From: Botryllus schlosseri
Lineage: Eukaryota
DNA: 64,000 bases
Direction: 5' to 3'
Assembly (NCBI GenBank): GCA_051294905.1
Contig: CM119372.1
Coordinates: 9,922,001-9,986,000 of the forward strand
Shown: piece by piece, positions 47,017 through 60,012 of the stretch
How positions within the stretch are numbered: position 1 is the stretch's first letter
Layout of the letters: each line of letters starts with the position of its first letter
Translations under genes and position numbers: made by a program
Notes under the pieces: generated by a model
The model's database searches: none
The model's input: the letters and a program-made list of their open reading frames with translations, nothing else
Told to the model about the DNA's origin: nothing

Positions 47017-50000
47017 TATAGGCTGAAGTAGCCTACGGGGCAACTTGCTTCAGAAACAGCGATAAAAGATCAACTGAAATTGATGCTATTCATTTGGACA
47101 CGGTTGGATCAGACAACTGTAGCTTCAAGATTTGCCTGGCTGCTAAACCTTTCTCGGATTTCATCTTCTCAAGCTGACTTCTTAGCCTTAGCAATACTCC
47201 AAGCAATGTGTGAGCACTGGGTCTGTAACGTTGCCGGCAATTTTAACAATGACTCAAAAATAGATTACCGGGCTTGACACTTAGCTAGCTACGTTTTTTC
47301 TCCAAGAAGAGGTGGATATGTAATTTAGAACTACGGATGAAACTGGGTCATTGAGGTCGTTTTAAACTTCCTCACTTCCTCACTTCGACAACTGTTCTTC
47401 GACAAATAAGACACAGCGGTTTTCCATTTATCTCTTCGAAAGATAATTTATTTTTCCACATTTAGTTGAAAACTCAGTTTTCGTGGTATAATCTCCCTTT
47501 TCTTGTTGAGATCTGTTCGAGTCGGTGGTGGTGAGTGTAACACTCTTTAAAAGTGTACCACCTAGCTGGACTCTCTTAAACCAGACTCTATCAGACGAAT
47601 ACCGATTATGAAAACAGTACCAATTTCAACTCGATAATATCAGGAAACTAGTCATCAATAACCAAAAAGGAACGGCGCGATGAAAGAGTCAAGTAGCTAA
47701 ATTAATATGTAACAATACCATATCCCATATCAGTAGTAATTGCTCTCATAATCGACGATGTTGCGGGACGCAAAATAAGCGTCTTCGGGCCCCGTGTTGA
47801 GAACCCCTGTTGTAGCATGTTCTCCAATTTCTTCGAAACTAATACCAGGGAAATCGTACCATTAGTTGTTCAGCATCTCAAATGTTTGCATGCAAAAATG
47901 AACAATTATTTTCAACACTAGTCACAGAAAACTATGCATGGGTAAGAAACTCATTTTTTACACAGGGAACCCATATACATTGAATCTAAAAGAGGAGGAA
48001 GAGCTGATTGACATCCGTAGTGACTGAAACTTGTAGTTATTTTACAATGAAACGTCTCTCTACGAGTTGCGGATTAAAATCCATAAGGAATGTCTTTGCA
48101 TTGAAGAAAAGGCAATTGGGGTTTTACTTCAATTTTCCACGTTGTATCTGTGCGAGGCCGGATTTCCGTTCTGGTCAAAAGAGAGATGAGAGTTGAAAGG
48201 ATACGCGCTAGTAGTCAAGCGCAAATTTCGCACGGACTTTGTTTGTGATGAAATTCAATAAATTGTTTTGATTTTGCCAGAGCTGTTTAATTTAATACAG
48301 AAACATTTTGGATTGTCACATTAGTCAGTGTTACTACTGATTCTGCTGAGTATTCTGGCAGTTTACAGGTGCCGTAAGCCAAACAAGTACAGAACCACTG
48401 TGCAGGTGTGCCGCGAACTATTTCTCATTTCCAAAGGGCGCCGCGAGGTCAAAAAGGTTGAGAACCACTGCCCTAACCGGTTTCCCAACAGTGCAGTCAC
48501 GTATTTCGCAACCTCAACAGCCAGCCTCAGTCATACAAAATTAAACAAGCGACAATCATTGGGGCCGACCTGGTCCCATTAACGCAATGTATATAAAACG
48601 AAGGAAATATAACACTTTCTTACTAACAATTTACCACGTGATCGGCCAACTACTCATCTTATCACGGTAACTTTCTTCGTACTTCGATATTCTCTCATTA
48701 TTGTATGAGACTCTTTTACGCTACCTACGATAACGACGTATCTGAATAAACTGTATTGTGTGTATCTGTCGATTGAGAATCCACTACCAGGACAGGAACG
48801 GATGCAGGTCAAGTTACTGGTACAGCGCTAACCATAATAATTGGTCAGCTACCATTGTACTTCGAGCATAGCAAATCCGTCAAGCTGCTGCACCATCCCA
48901 TTGGAGCCCCCACACATCATAATTCGAAAATAGAAACATTTTGTTTCTAATAGGCTGTTGTGAAGAACGTACGGTCACCTATCATGAAAATCTTCGCACC
49001 TTGGACGTAAATGTGCTATGATTGATAGTCATATATGTGAGCGCCGAGCCAAACATGTTGTCAACAACCGACAAAGGGTCGCAGATTGACATTGTTTCGA
49101 ACATGCGAAAACAACACTGTTGAAAATGCGATACCATGTAAACCCCCCTATTACGGCATGGCGATTCTATTAACACGGAATTGAATTCCACGTCGCAGCG
49201 TGCGGTGACGGTCCTCAGTCCTTGGTGAGTTATGGTTGAATTTTGAACAAGGAAGAATGTTTCCTTGCTCTGACTAATCAAACGTTGATGACACAACAAG
49301 GAAACGATGGTTCTGCAAAAAATACCAAATGAGCTTCCGCGTACGCTTTGCAACATGATGACTCGTATAAAACCGATCTTGATAGTCGCAACAAACCTGC
49401 TCGTATATCTTAAATCAAACAGTGTTTGGTTATACACGTGGTCAGTATCCTTGTGATAGCAGGTTTCATCTCCCTGGTCAATAGACAAACGACGCAACTG
49501 GTTTTGCGTCATGCGTTCGCTAGAGACGGAATGCAACACAATTTCGGAGTCTGGAATCCCAGTAAATGGCTCACGGCTCGCCATCCAAAAACAAACATGA
49601 CCCGTCAAACCTGTCATCGGTGGATATCGGGACTAGGAGGACATGATTCGTATTTGCACAATTCAATCCATCTTGCTTTGTAATATTGTAAAATTTTGGA
49701 TGCAAATTTAGTCACTATGTCAAACTTAGTAGTGATATTAAACAGAGGCTCGGACGATTTCGATGATGGTATGGAATAGGAGTGAGAACATGTCTCAATG
49801 TACGAGTTCTGTCACCCACGGGAGTGCGTCAAAATAGTAGCCCTGCAGACGCAGAGCATAATAAATTAAACGTGATGGCCCATTTTGCATTTACTCAACA
49901 TCTCAACCAGTAGTGATGACTGTTGCGGCTTGATAACACGCCAGTTGATGAAAGCGTCGCGTTTCTTCCGTCTTGTACTTGAAACGTTTCAGATGGAGCA

Positions 50001-53000
50001 GGCGATAACCAAGAAGGAGACATGCGGCGTTGTTGCTGTTGCTGCTCACAGGTCGTGATTTGTCATATGCAACTCATATAGGTCAGTGCAAAATACTTTT
50101 AGAAGTCGAGCACCAAATGTCAACTCATCAATGAGGATCCGAATTTATTAGCCACTCTGCATCAGGCTGATATTATCTCTTGATATCTGAGCTGCTGACT
50201 TTTAGCATTGCCGGCTGTCTTTCCGAGATATTTGACAGACATAGTTTACGCGAATCGGATGGCTGCAAGGAGCGTAGCTGGATTTCCAACACATGGGTCG
50301 TGCGCGGAATTCCCTTTTTGCGCGGCCAAGTTCAAAAGTTGAATGTAAGAAGCCCGTGACGCGCGACAGCCTTTTAAACTTTTCAGTGTGATGCAGTATC
50401 AGCACGATAACAAAAACCTATCAATAGCACCTGCGCGAGAGATGAATTAAAGAATGGAATCGGTCTTGAAAACGGAATTGAATTGGGGATCTGATTTGTG
50501 GGGGAAAAAATCTTTATATATAGACGATGTTGAACATAGTCCTGTTAAGGTTCCTACGCCGGTTCACTGCTACTACATTGTACATTCATTGTATTGCAGA
50601 CATTGCCATGTAACTGTACAAGACCAAAGTTTGGCACACCTCAAGTTGCGGGTTGGTGGACAGATTCACCAGGAGTCATGTCCAGTCCATCTATATCCGT
50701 ACAATTTTCATCCCCGAACCGATTTCTCATTTCCCGACTTTTTGTTGTTTTTCTCGGCATTTGTGTATCCTTTCTTGAGTGCGTTCGCGCCGAACAATGG
50801 CACTGAAGGGAGAGCAAATGCTGCCCACGGCGCGAGCGTTGACCAGCAATGATGTTTCATAATGGAAGTAGTTTTTCCAACCCGGGTAAAGCTGAACCTA
50901 TTTTTGAATATATTTTGCTGTCCAGAACCTGGGTTTTGAATCAATGGCCACATGTTTTTTCCACACTATAGACTAGATACTTTTCATTGTTACTGCTCGT
51001 CACAACATCTACTATATGTTTTCCTAAGCGAAAGAGCTGTCTGTTTCGTTCATATATTTGGTTCAGTAGGGTTGCATTTGAAATAAAAATCATTTTGAAA
51101 CAAACATATTCAAAACAAGGCTCTTGTTTCAAACATGTTTTCATTGTTTTTTAAGTCATGACGTCAGGAATATTCGATTGTGACGACATAGTGGATTGGC
51201 ATTGACAATCGAAAATATAGGATAAATCGAGGAAGCGCAAAAATATCTACGTACTGTAGCTGTTGAACCGATTAATTTGAGGTTACCAACCATCCACTAT
51301 CGTATACGTCGGCTATATCGGGTAATAATCGTCCGTAGGCTCATACAATATATTTTTTGGAAAGTATTTACACAATTATGGTATAATTATACAATTTTGA
51401 AAAAGAAATAGTTTTTTTTTTTTTAAAAGCCCTTGGTATAAATGCAACCCTATAGGGTAGCAGTATTTGACAAAGTAGCCTAAAAGTGGGCCTTTTCGCT
51501 GTTCGCCGTATCAAAAAAAAAAACGAAAACCGGGACATAATTTAAAGTAGCCATATTTTGTTATACATATTACTCAATATTGGGCTATGTATATTACTTA
51601 ACGCACCTACTATCGTCATTAACGTCTGAATTTACTGAATCAGTTGTTAAACCATAAAGTTTTGAAATTCAGGTCACGAGTCATTCCAGTGTGGGTCACG
51701 AAAAATTCCAAATTTATCACCTTCAATAAAAGAACACTATATAATAGTTTGCCTTTTGGTATGATATATCGTCAGCTGTATTATAGGCTTGGATCTTGAG
51801 AAATCCTACATGGATGTTTTAAAACATTATTTAGTCAAACGGAGGAATGAGAGTATAAAGCTAACAACTTCGTCTATGACGTGCATTCATGGGATATGCA
51901 GTATCAGCTTTTGTTTTGTTCAATATGGATTATCTTCCCTTTTTCCTGCTTCAGTTAACTACTAATGAAACATACATCTACATATGTCATGTAGCTTAAC
52001 ATGAAACGTTTGGAGCAACAGGTTCTGCGTTCTTTCCGAGTGCGCGAAGAATTGTTTTCTCGTCCAAAAACCACAAATGTATCCGAAAACCATGCCATCT
52101 GTATATATTGAAAATATGTATATTGGAAATTCCGAGATTTTCACAGGAGGCATCAATAATGCCCAGATTACCTAATGCTTTCGGAGTTGTGAGTTGGTAG
52201 ATTCGTGAATAGTCTCAAATTGGATCGCACTGTATAGTTCCGTTGAATTTCTGTTGTTTAACGAAGATTGGACTCCAATTTTACTACTCCCTCTAGGAGT
52301 CTCGGTTATGTCGCTGCACACACTTGAGCTTTATAAATTATTTGCAGCACCTGTAGCAGAAATTCAAATATCGTTTGGGTGGTACTGCATCTGAAATTTT
52401 TCAATTATAAGATTTATCCCGTATCGATCAAAGTTTTGTGTAACTGAGCAGATCAATGGTGCTTTATTTCGGTATTTGGTTTTATATGAGAGTTGGTGCA
52501 AACATATGATGGCAGTCTGAATCGTGTGTGCGGCTTCGTCGTGTCATTGTATAGACTCTATAGAGGATCGAAGTGGGCATGATGTATGCTTTGTGTTTTT
52601 CAGATCATATGGGCATTTGTTACGTGTGTTTTAATTTATGGTAGCAATGAGCGAGGTCGTTGGAAATTGCATTGCACTCACGGTTCTCTTATCAATGGGC
52701 GAAGAGAAAAAGAGAGGTGATTAATCGTGCAGGAAAGCAAAGATCCAGGTAAAATCAATGTCGAGGTGAGATTTCGATATTAAATATTTCACAGTCGCAT
52801 CATTGTTGCAGTCAGATTGCAAATCATTAACTCTGACGAAGACGAGAACTGCAGGGCCGAAACAGCACTTCGTCAGCCCCCCCTCAAATAAAAAACGTTG
52901 GCTTTGCCCCCAGAGAGATTTATTATAATCAGCAGTGAGCCGTTTTCTATTGCCTCATTGTATTTGATTCATGATTGAATCGGTCAATAATATCGGGAAG

Positions 53001-54211
53001 TGCATATATATTTCTATAAATTATTTGTCCGTAATCAGATTTACCGGTAGAACTGAGTGAGGTGTTGTCTTGGAATGTAGGACCCGTAAATATGAAGGAT
53101 AAACACATTCGGTCGGGCTCGTTGGTATAATGACTTCGTTACATGATATTATTTCGTGACCTCCTGTCTGGTATGTCAAAAGATATTGAAATCGCCCAAA
53201 CGTACTTAACTAAAAGACGCACATAATGTCAAATTGGTATTTTTACACTGACACTGGAAAGGTCTTCTTAAACAGTACTTAAAAATTGTCATTTTCAAAA
53301 GTTGTATATTATGCCATAATTGCGTAAATACTTTCGAGAAACATGCAGTTAATAAGGCTACGTACGATTTGCACTGGTTACCGTCGACGTATACGATATG
53401 GAATGGTTGGAACCCACGAAATCGTCATCGGTTCGACAGCACGTATATATAGGTAAGTGGCACGGAATTGATGATCTGATGCCGGAAGACGCCGCATAAC
53501 GGTCAAAGATATTTGGAGGCTATTTACGTATATTTTCACAGTCGATGCCAATCCACCCGACATCACGATTAAAGATTCGTGACCTATAGGGTAGAAAACA
53601 ATAAAAACAACAACAACAACAAAAAAAGGTATTAAACATATTTTGTTTCTGTTTTAAATGCAACCCTACCTGTCACATTGTTTTGAGTTTCAGTATATAG
53701 ACACGGCTTATTCTCAACTGCCATGTTTTAAACGTTAAAATTTAAATGTAACCTGGTGTCCACTCCCATCACACGAGATCCTCGTCTAAAGGAAATATCT
53801 ACTTACCCCCACCCAATAGCAACTTAACTAAGAGGTCCATCGACTACTCGGGACCTATCATCTAGAATGCATTACCACCACATATCCGTGAATTGCCCTA
53901 TAATAGATTCAAAAAACCCCTACTTGAACACCACTTATCGTTACACTAACACTGTTGCCCTACCTCGCCGAGACATTGATCATTTGCTACCATCGTTTCA
54001 TTTTTCTTCTATTTTTTTTAACTACTGTAACATTTTTACAGCCAGACTGTTTAGAGTCAAGTGTACCTGTTTGACGCTAGTGTGATCAGACTAGATGACC
54101 GTCACGGTCTTATCGATCATTCCTATCTAATACCGAATACTCTGCATGCATATTTTCTGTACCACCACCACTGCCATGTGTTATGTATTTTGGTTTGATG
54201 AAAAATCTTTT

Positions 54212-54216
<5 letters not shown>

Positions 54217-54255
<39 letters not shown>

Positions 54256-54260
54256 TCTCT
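54217..54260. repeat. (CT)n microsatellite
   Basis: Run of about 21 CT units with one interruption. Confidence 0.9.
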
Positions 54261-54950
54261 TGTGTTTCTGACAATACTGTTTGCTATTTCGCGTGATCCG
54301 TTAATATTGGAACTTTCTCCATTCGTAGTGAAAACGCATGGCCGGAATTGCAATAATAATCGGAGAAGGTGCACCGGCGATTGTGTGATCTGTTAACCAA
54401 CGGTGTCGATGGATGAATCTTTGTTTTTGTAATTATTCATAGCAGTTATAAAACAATTCAATTCGGCAGTGCTCATGACGTGTAATCCCCGCCTTTGCGC
54501 ATCGCCTCAGAAATAATATTGATATAGTTTTGCGTATGATCGGAATATTTGTGACTTATGGGTACAGGTATTGTATTAGGTATAGGCGAGTGATTGCATT
54601 GTAACTTTTCCAGGGTGTCTGACACATATTTTCACGGAAGCCTGGCTTCCCTGTCATTGGAGAGTTCTCGAGAATCCCTACAGTTTTCCATGATTGATCA
54701 GTCCGTCTTCTGGAATTTAGTAACAATAAAGACGAGACGTTGGTAAATATATTTCTATCTAATGCAATGGATTCTGTGAGACAAAGTCATCAGTCTAGCG
54801 ATGATGCATTTTATCAACAAATCAGTCGAGGATCTTTTTCGTTTCAGCTACCAAACCGGTGTCGCCTAGAATTATGGACGTCGACATTAATTACAATGCA
54901 TCCTCAACGCCAAGTGTGCTCAGCTCGACAACAATGGAGTGAGTGTGACT

Positions 54951-55734
54951 GAGTGACGTGCAGTCAGGGGAAGCTAGTGAGGCAGTGTCTCGCCAGTCAT
55001 CAAGCTGAGAAAAAAGAAAATGTGACACCTTTAATGACTATAACACTAATCGTTATGCTATTTTCCATTGACGTTCATGAATGACTAATTTTGAAACATT
55101 TTGATACACAAAATCACGGAATTTACATATTTATTATTCAAAAGTACAGCGCGAAAGCAGAGGTGAGGCACAGACTGACCAAGCCTAACCCGTGATAGCG
55201 CAATTCCTCATAAACAGCTCAGAATTTTAATAATTGACATTAATCGAATGCTATCGTCGTACTGATTTCGAAAATCTAAATATTAATAATGTCAGAACAC
55301 CAGATTCCCCTCAAAATCGCCGAGGAATGTGAAATTCGGGATTGTTACGTACAATGACAGCACAGAGAAACAATGACCAGGTGAGGCACATATGAATTTG
55401 CCTCGCCTACTGTTAGGTAGCATAATCGCACAATCGCAGCGCAATGATAAAATGCGTGATCAATGTATGGATCGTGTAGTTGCGATGGCGACCATGTAAT
55501 GCAGAGCAAATAGGCCTACATTATCTTACTGATCTATCTGTTAATGTATTTTCCGTCCACACCTATACCTCCAATTGTGGTTACCTATTCTACCTTCTTG
55601 CGAAGCCTGCGTGTAAATAGTACGAATGTGATAAGAAACAAATGAATCAGCTACCATTTTGATTATATATATTTGTAAATATGACTCGAAAGGGTCAGTG
55701 TCTCACCAACCATGAACCTCACCGCGCGTCACTG
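54951..55734. mobile_element. hAT-type MITE (CAGTGACG TIR, GAGGCA repeats)
   Basis: Ends GAGTGACGTGCAGT/ACCGCGCGTCACTG with perfect TSD gtgtgact. Confidence 0.85.
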
Positions 55735-55927
55735 GTGTGACTGTATGTTTTTATATGTAATTGAATATCTATTCCAAATAAAAATACGTGACCGTGAACT
55801 TTTTTAATGTTTTCGAAATTGAAATGGGCGTCATCACTCATAGTGTTGCAACCGGCGCTTCACAAATATACACAAAATCTCGATTTTAGTTTCAAATGAG
55901 TCGGATGCATTTCCTATTAGTGAATAG

Positions 55928-57538
55928 CAGAGTTGGATCAATTGTAATTTGTAATTGAGCTGAATGTAATTAATTACATTTTTTCATGTAATTGTAATTG
56001 TAATTGAAGCATTTTTATTTTGTGTAATTGTAATTGTAATTGTAATTTGATCAAAATTTTGCTCAATTACAATCTCAATTACATTTTCATGGAAACCTGG
56101 CAATCACAACATAAAATATTCAAATAATCAGTCATTTATTCGTCGCACCAGTGAAATCCGGTACGAACCAGACTGACGACGAGCGGCCTTACGGCCTTAG
56201 TAAGTAAACAGTCACCACATGTAATAATTAGCCTATTTACATCGGTGTTTTATGCGTGCTGCGTTATTACTAGATAATTCAGTCACGCTAAACTGTTTCC
56301 CATACTTCATTAGCAACAGAAAACTTTTTGAATTACAATATATGCTAAACCAGTGGTTCTCAAACTGGGCGCGTGCCCCCTTGGGCGGCGTGAAAGCATC
56401 TGAACGGGGCGCGACGCTCCAGTGAGCTGAAATTTTTTCCGCGCTTGACCCGATTCACCTCCGTTTGATGGTTATTGCTCTGTGTAGAGTCTGAATTTAG
56501 TATTGGAGAATTCTCTCATCAACAGTCATTCATAACCTTCCATACCATCAAATTATATGTAAGGATTGCTAGCTTTCTGGTTTCATTGTGTGCTATAATG
56601 ATAAGGGCGGCACGAATTATTCACCGTCATAAATGGGGGGGGGGCGTGTCTAAAAAAGTTAGAGAACCAGTGGGCTAAACTAAATCTTAATATTTCAAAA
56701 ATGGTTGAACAGCAAATAAACTCTCCTGAAATCTGTGCTGAACCATTTCCTACACCACGGTCAAAGTTTTTTTTAAATAATCTCTGACCAGTACCGAGGC
56801 CTGTTGTAACAATAATAGCAAAAAAAATCAAGTTTTCAACCAAGGCTTCATTGAACTTGATCACGCATTTGTAGAGATGTTATCCCAGTCTTACCTCCAA
56901 TCTTGGCCAAATTTACTGGGGCCAGAAACTTTTCGCACCGTAAGGTTCATCAAATGCAATCCAACAGTTTCCGAGCAACTGAAAATGTAAATGCGAACCA
57001 AAAATTGTAATTCTTAGTTATCAGGAGGTTCTTTCCTTTTGCATTTATTTTAATTTTACGCACCTTATCGGTATCATCCTTATCGCTGACGCCTTACCAA
57101 TTACATTTCATTATCCTGACTCAGCTCAGATTAGCCTAATCGTTTGATTACATTTCATTGACTGTCCTGTAGCCTATTCGCTGTTAGTCGCTCAAACCTT
57201 CTTAACAGTCGCTTGAAACATTTTTCTGTCCTTGTAGTTTTCAGTACTCATGATCAGGAATAGTTCAAATACGCTCGAGTTTTTGTTTTATATTAAAGGG
57301 TATTCCACATGTCAGGAATGAAACATGAATAGCTTGAGATTGTTGCCAATTACGTCGCTACGGTTGTCAAAGAACACCTCTTTACTGAATCAATTACCTG
57401 TTTAAAAGTAATTGTAATTCTAATTCTAATTGTAATTAATTACATGTTTAACAGTAGTTGTAATTGTAATTTGATATTTTTAGCATTGAGTAATTGTAAT
57501 TGTAATTGAATTGAAATATTGTAATTGATCCAACTCTG
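55928..57538. mobile_element. hAT-type MITE (CAGAGTTGGATCAATT TIR, GTAATT arrays)
   Basis: 16-bp TIRs and perfect TSD gtgaatag. Confidence 0.92.
56351..56672. mobile_element. Charlie-like MITE nested in the GTAATT MITE
   Basis: Ends CAGTGGTTCTC/GAGAACCAGTG with TSD tgctaaac/ggctaaac. Confidence 0.8.
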
Positions 57539-57747
57539 GTGAATAGTACATTCCGGTGTATTCTATCTTCTTGTCAATATCAATTTGTTTCAAACTAGCT
57601 ATTTTCAGAAGTCTAATCGGGTCAGTGTGTGCTATGTGTAATATTTTAAGGCTGCATGCGCCTGTCAAAAATTGGGTTGGAAAACGAGCTTCATTAATCT
57701 GGGAGCTTGACTATTATCGCTTTGCAAAAATTTTGTCGCGAGTATAT

Positions 57748-58271
57748 GGTGACTCGACTTGACTCGAGTCATTTTTGCAAATTCGCAAAATGACTCGTCT
57801 CGACTCGAGTAAATTTTTGTATTGAGCCGACTTGTACTCGAGTCACTGTGCACGACTCGAACGAAGTCATATGACTTGAGACTGTATGACGGCCAAGGCA
57901 GACATTTCATTGTAAGTTCGAAGAATCGTAAGTCACCACATCATTGGTATTTCGTCTATCATTCATGATACTTGGAAAATAGGGCCAGAAACTGTTAAGA
58001 ATGAGGTAACTTATTATATTAATAATGCGAGTCATTACATATCACTCGAGCAGAGTTGAAAAAAGTCGATTGAGCCGGAATGAATTCGAAACTAAATTGT
58101 AAACATAATGACTTGGACTAGAGTCAAAATACTATGACTCGGACTCGACCCTCTACTATAGCTGACTTGAACTAGGACTTGACTCGGTGGTGAATTGAAA
58201 ATGATTCGACTTGACTCGACTCAAAACTATAAAAGTGAGATTGACTTGTGACTTGGAACCTTGTGACCCTG
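57748..58271. mobile_element. Degenerate GACTCGAG-array MITE fragment; related fragment at ~11005-11150
   Basis: GACTCG/GACTTG arrays. 58220-58265 is similar to the reverse complement of 11015-11075. Confidence 0.6.
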
Positions 58272-58330
58272 CTTTCAAGTATACTTAATATTGCCTGAAT
58301 ACCTCAATATTTCATCCTTCATTCCTTCAG

Positions 58331-59739
58331 TCCATACACAAGACCATTTAGCACTACGGCAATTTGGGAGTCGGCAAGATTTTTATTCAGCATGCTCGTC
58401 ATCGGGATGGCTTTGAACATTTTGACAATGTGCGTGTTCCTCAAGTACAAAAAATTGAGGTTTGTTCAGCCACACTTGTCAAACTCGAACATCAAGAATG
58501 ACGCCGAATCACGTGTATTTTTTAGGAATTTGTTCGTTTATTTTATTTTCTCCCTCTGCGTATCGGATCTGGTATCTGCATTGATAAGCCCGTTGTTTTG
58601 GTATCGGCGCACTGTGGGATTTGATCATTGGGCAGCTCCTGGATTCTTTTGCAAGGTATGGGAAAGTATGCTGTACGTTTACATTCAGTCCATTTGACAA
58701 AAGTATAGCCTTGCGCGAAGTAATTGTTGTTTCATCTTTATTGGGCAGCAGACCTCCTGACTTCTTTCGCGACCGCTTTGCATATCGTTTCTTTCGGGAC
58801 GTTCCGACTTATATCGATACGGTACCCGCATTTCTTCACAACCATTTCAAACAAGATTGGAGTTGTGGGTGAATCGTTATGATGTCAATTCGATCACAAT
58901 CGGTAATACGACATATTGCATACCTGCAGGTTGTGGTGATTATAATTTGGATAGTAAGTTTCACCTGCGGCTTTATACCTTACTTCGTACGGTTCGACGT
59001 AAGGCAGAGAGATCGCTATAGCGACTCACCGGATGCGAGATGGCCCGCTTGCACTATAAACATGGAATGGTATGTCACCAGCATGAAAAACATTATTTTT
59101 ATCGTTTGTCCCACAGACATTGTCTGTCTATCTGTCCGTCCCATTGTTTTTATATGTTCCCCTGATCCTCGTCGAAATCATATCTCTGATCACCTGCGCT
59201 CAAGTATACGCGACAATACGCTCAACTGTCGTCACTTCCAAAACGAACAGGCAGAGATTGAAAGAAAGGCAGGCTGTCCTTCAGCTATCACTGATCGTCC
59301 TCTCATTTTTGTTCGGATACATACCTTTCACGGGTGAGTTAGTACAATTCGAGCACGTTGACGCCTTACTGTGTGCAAGTTGCAATGACTTCGCGCATCC
59401 TCTTCAGCATATGAATTTTGGTCGGTACAGGAGCACGAACACACTGACTACATTCGGTCGTTTGACTACTACTACGGTCTGATCGAATACATTCTACTTC
59501 GATTATCGGAATGCATGAACCCGATATTCTATAATCTTGGATCTTCAAAAATGCGAAGATATACTAGAAGGTTCGTGCGTGATCTGCTACTCAAGTTAAC
59601 CGGGAGCGGGACCAATAGAATCCGTACCCGAGTGCCTTCTGAAAGCAAACAGATTCGGCCCGAGCGTAAGGAAAGGAAATTCATCCGCGAAACCTACCGA
59701 TGTATAGATATTTTATATTGCTTACTATTTCACCAGTAA
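58331..59739 (+). pseudogene. Class A GPCR gene 3 (TM1-TM7), probable recent pseudogene
   Basis: Exons 58331-58459 (129 nt), 58526-58655 (130), 58736-58864 (129; acceptor is CAT, not CAG), 58930-59069 (140), 59117-59333 (217; wrong phase, giving TG|A stop) and 59408-59739 (RLSECMNPIFYNLGS). The first four exon sizes equal those of the paralogs. The first exon was not found. Confidence 0.85.
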
Positions 59740-60012
59740 TAATCACAATAGTATGCCGTATATGGTGTGGAAAGGGTGGAGAAGCAGATTGAGAAGCAAT
59801 TGATAACACCCTGAAAAGAGACTGCTTTCTTACAATATCAACAAATGCCATATAAATTCACGATAAAAGGCGGACAATACCACATTTGAAATACCATTGC
59901 ACATTTTCGGTCGACGATCGGCGACAGTTATTCTATTCTTCAACTATGAAATGAATTTAGTCAATTGCATGCACAGTTTTTGTAGTGGATACCTTTTTAT
60001 GCCGATATATAG

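Larger units (their letters stand above)
44718..48470 (-). mobile_element. Decayed hAT Charlie/Buster-type transposon with transposase relic and nested insertions
   Basis: TIRs CAGTGGTTCTCAACC/GGTTGAGAACCACTG with perfect TSD ccctaacc. Minus-strand relics: GKPLCLIC (~47402-47425), IAWSIAKAKK (~47175-47205), LSDPTVSK*I (~47090-47120), YFS..IAADESTD (DESTD at 46580-46594) and DGAPAM (45109-45126). Confidence 0.88.

Noticed and set aside
52604..52722. TM1-like peptide VVGNCIALTVLL after a good acceptor
   Set aside because: In-frame stops, no similarity to the cluster's TM1 exon, and no following exons found.
54123..54374. ORF with an RERERE tract
   Set aside because: Translation of a (CT)n microsatellite.
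58879..59337. 152-aa ORF as a standalone gene
   Set aside because: Only 58930-59069 is exonic; the rest is intron or out-of-frame read-through of GPCR gene 3.
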